From Octopus bimaculoides (Eukaryota), in assembly GCF_001194135.2 (NCBI RefSeq), contig NC_068983.1, positions 23,822,235-23,886,234 on the forward strand: a stretch of 64,000 nt of DNA, given 5' to 3'. A program made the position numbers and the translations under genes. Below the pieces are notes generated by a model. It was not told where the DNA came from. It ran no database searches and saw only the letters and a list, made by a program, of their open reading frames with translations. This document shows, piece by piece, positions 62,240 to 64,000 of this stretch (its first letter is position 1; each line of letters opens with the position of its first letter).

Positions 62240-63821
62240 CTCTATTTATCTATCTACCTATCTATCTATCTGTCTATCTATCTATCTATCTATCTATCTA
62301 TACAGAGCCATATGAAAAATCTACAAACTAACTAGTTGGAGCATAAGCCAGCGAGAATACAGAGGTCAGATTTGGAACCAGAGGTCATGAAGACTGTTTG
62401 CCAGAAGAAGTAGCAGAATTTTGATTAAATTGAAATGATGCAGGTGCTATTACACAGCTTTTTCATTTATAGCTGACAGCCTTGTAATACCAAAGACAGC
62501 CAGACAACAGAATTAATGATACTGAATATAGCAGCTTGTCACACAATGCTTTCACTTCACCAGATCTTGATGTTACAGAAACACCATCCAACAAATTACC
62601 GGCACCAAACAGTCAAAGAATTCTTCTTCATATTTAGCTACCCGCCATTTGGTGTGTATTTAGCCAAATGCAACAGTTCAATTCTGACAGTTATGTGATA
62701 AAGTATAATTTGTTTTATACTGTTTCTATGGCTAAATTATCTTTGTGAACTATGTATTCCTTTCTGTGTTAAGACAGTTACTATATTGTAAGAACTATTA
62801 AGTTAATTTCTCACTTCCAAACTGCATGAAGTGCTGATTCAAGTCTCATTAGACCTTTAGTATGTAACATTTTTGACCACGTTCGCTTGTTTTTGACCTC
62901 CCCATTGGTTGTAGCCATACTTTCTTTATGTAGTTTCTGCATAATAAAAATCAGTCATTTTTATTATCTTAGTTTAGACATTTATCAATAAAATTACCAC
63001 AGGTGTATGCATCAAGTCTACTCTCTCCACAAAACTGATGTTTTCCAAGAAAAAGACAAGACTCAATTCTGTTTAATGCCAGTCACATCACACAAGTTGC
63101 TAGACTGAAGTTGAAGACAATATCAAATTGCCTTAAGATTTTAGGTGGTTAAACAAACCTCAATACTTAGTTGGTACTGGTTCTCTTTTTTAACGCTAGA
63201 AAAATGAAAGACATTAGTATTAATGTTATTATTTTTAATGCTGTTGTTTTATGTTGTGAGTTCAAATAAAGAATATTGACAAGGTTGACTTTAGGGTTGA
63301 TAAAATAAGTACCGGTCGAGTACTAGGGTTAATATAGTCAACTCCCCAACATTACAGGTCCTGTGCCTATAATCCTTTCTACTAGAGGCACAAGGCCTGA
63401 AACTTTGGGAGAGGGAGCTAGTTGATTTCATTGACCCCAGTGTGTAACTGGTACTTATTTCGTTGATCCTGAAAGAATAAAAAGCAAAGTTAAACTCAGT
63501 CAGGAGAAATTGAACCCAGAACATAAAGATGGATGAAATACCACTAAGCATCTTGCCTGTGTAGATATAAATAAACCAAAACAAAAAAATTTGCATGTAT
63601 GCACACATACAGACATACATACATACATACATACATACATACATACATACAAAAATACCCTGTTGTTGATGTTGAAATTCCAATGATCTAGGTTAGAAAC
63701 TGACTCTTTCTCTACTGGCAAGAAATCTTGAAATAAACCTGAATATACAAACATACATACATGCATACATACATATATACTTACACGAACACATTCAACT
63801 CTATCTTCACATGTAACAATT

Positions 63822-63882
<61 letters not shown>

Positions 63883-64000
63883 TTTATAAGTATGTATGTA
63901 TTTATATACACATACATATACATGTATTTGTGTGTGGGTGTATATATATAGACACATGTGTGTACACATATATGCATACACAAATATACATATATTTATA

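Overview
AT-rich (eukaryotic) non-coding DNA with many N-gaps and microsatellites. The repeat families look like those of coleoid cephalopods, probably an Octopus scaffold; this is inference from repeat content. No intact host gene or full-length transposase/RT ORF can be supported; almost all long ORFs in the track are microsatellite or N-gap artefacts. The window is a layered graveyard of mobile elements. DNA transposons: two DD37D (maT) relics, a mariner 5' end and two hAT-Charlie-type MITEs. Retroelements: several RTE LINE 3' ends (one ending in two C2H2 fingers), R4/Dong-like and other restriction-like-endonuclease (RLE) LINE fragments, a CR1/L2-like RT relic, an LTR-like promoter block, and dozens of tRNA-derived SINEs, many nested with readable target-site duplications (TSDs). 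The most interesting signal is a set of type I hammerhead ribozyme motifs. One has a canonical core (59301-59340) inside a 33-bp perfect inverted repeat; three are variant or decayed motifs of different sequence (6268, 19488, 60099). All four lie beside simple repeats and suggest Penelope-like or retrozyme-type elements. A few weak splice-site-bounded exon candidates exist, including a 9-nt microexon and a NAGLU-like terminal exon. Element boundaries are approximate unless TSDs or terminal inverted repeats (TIRs) are given.
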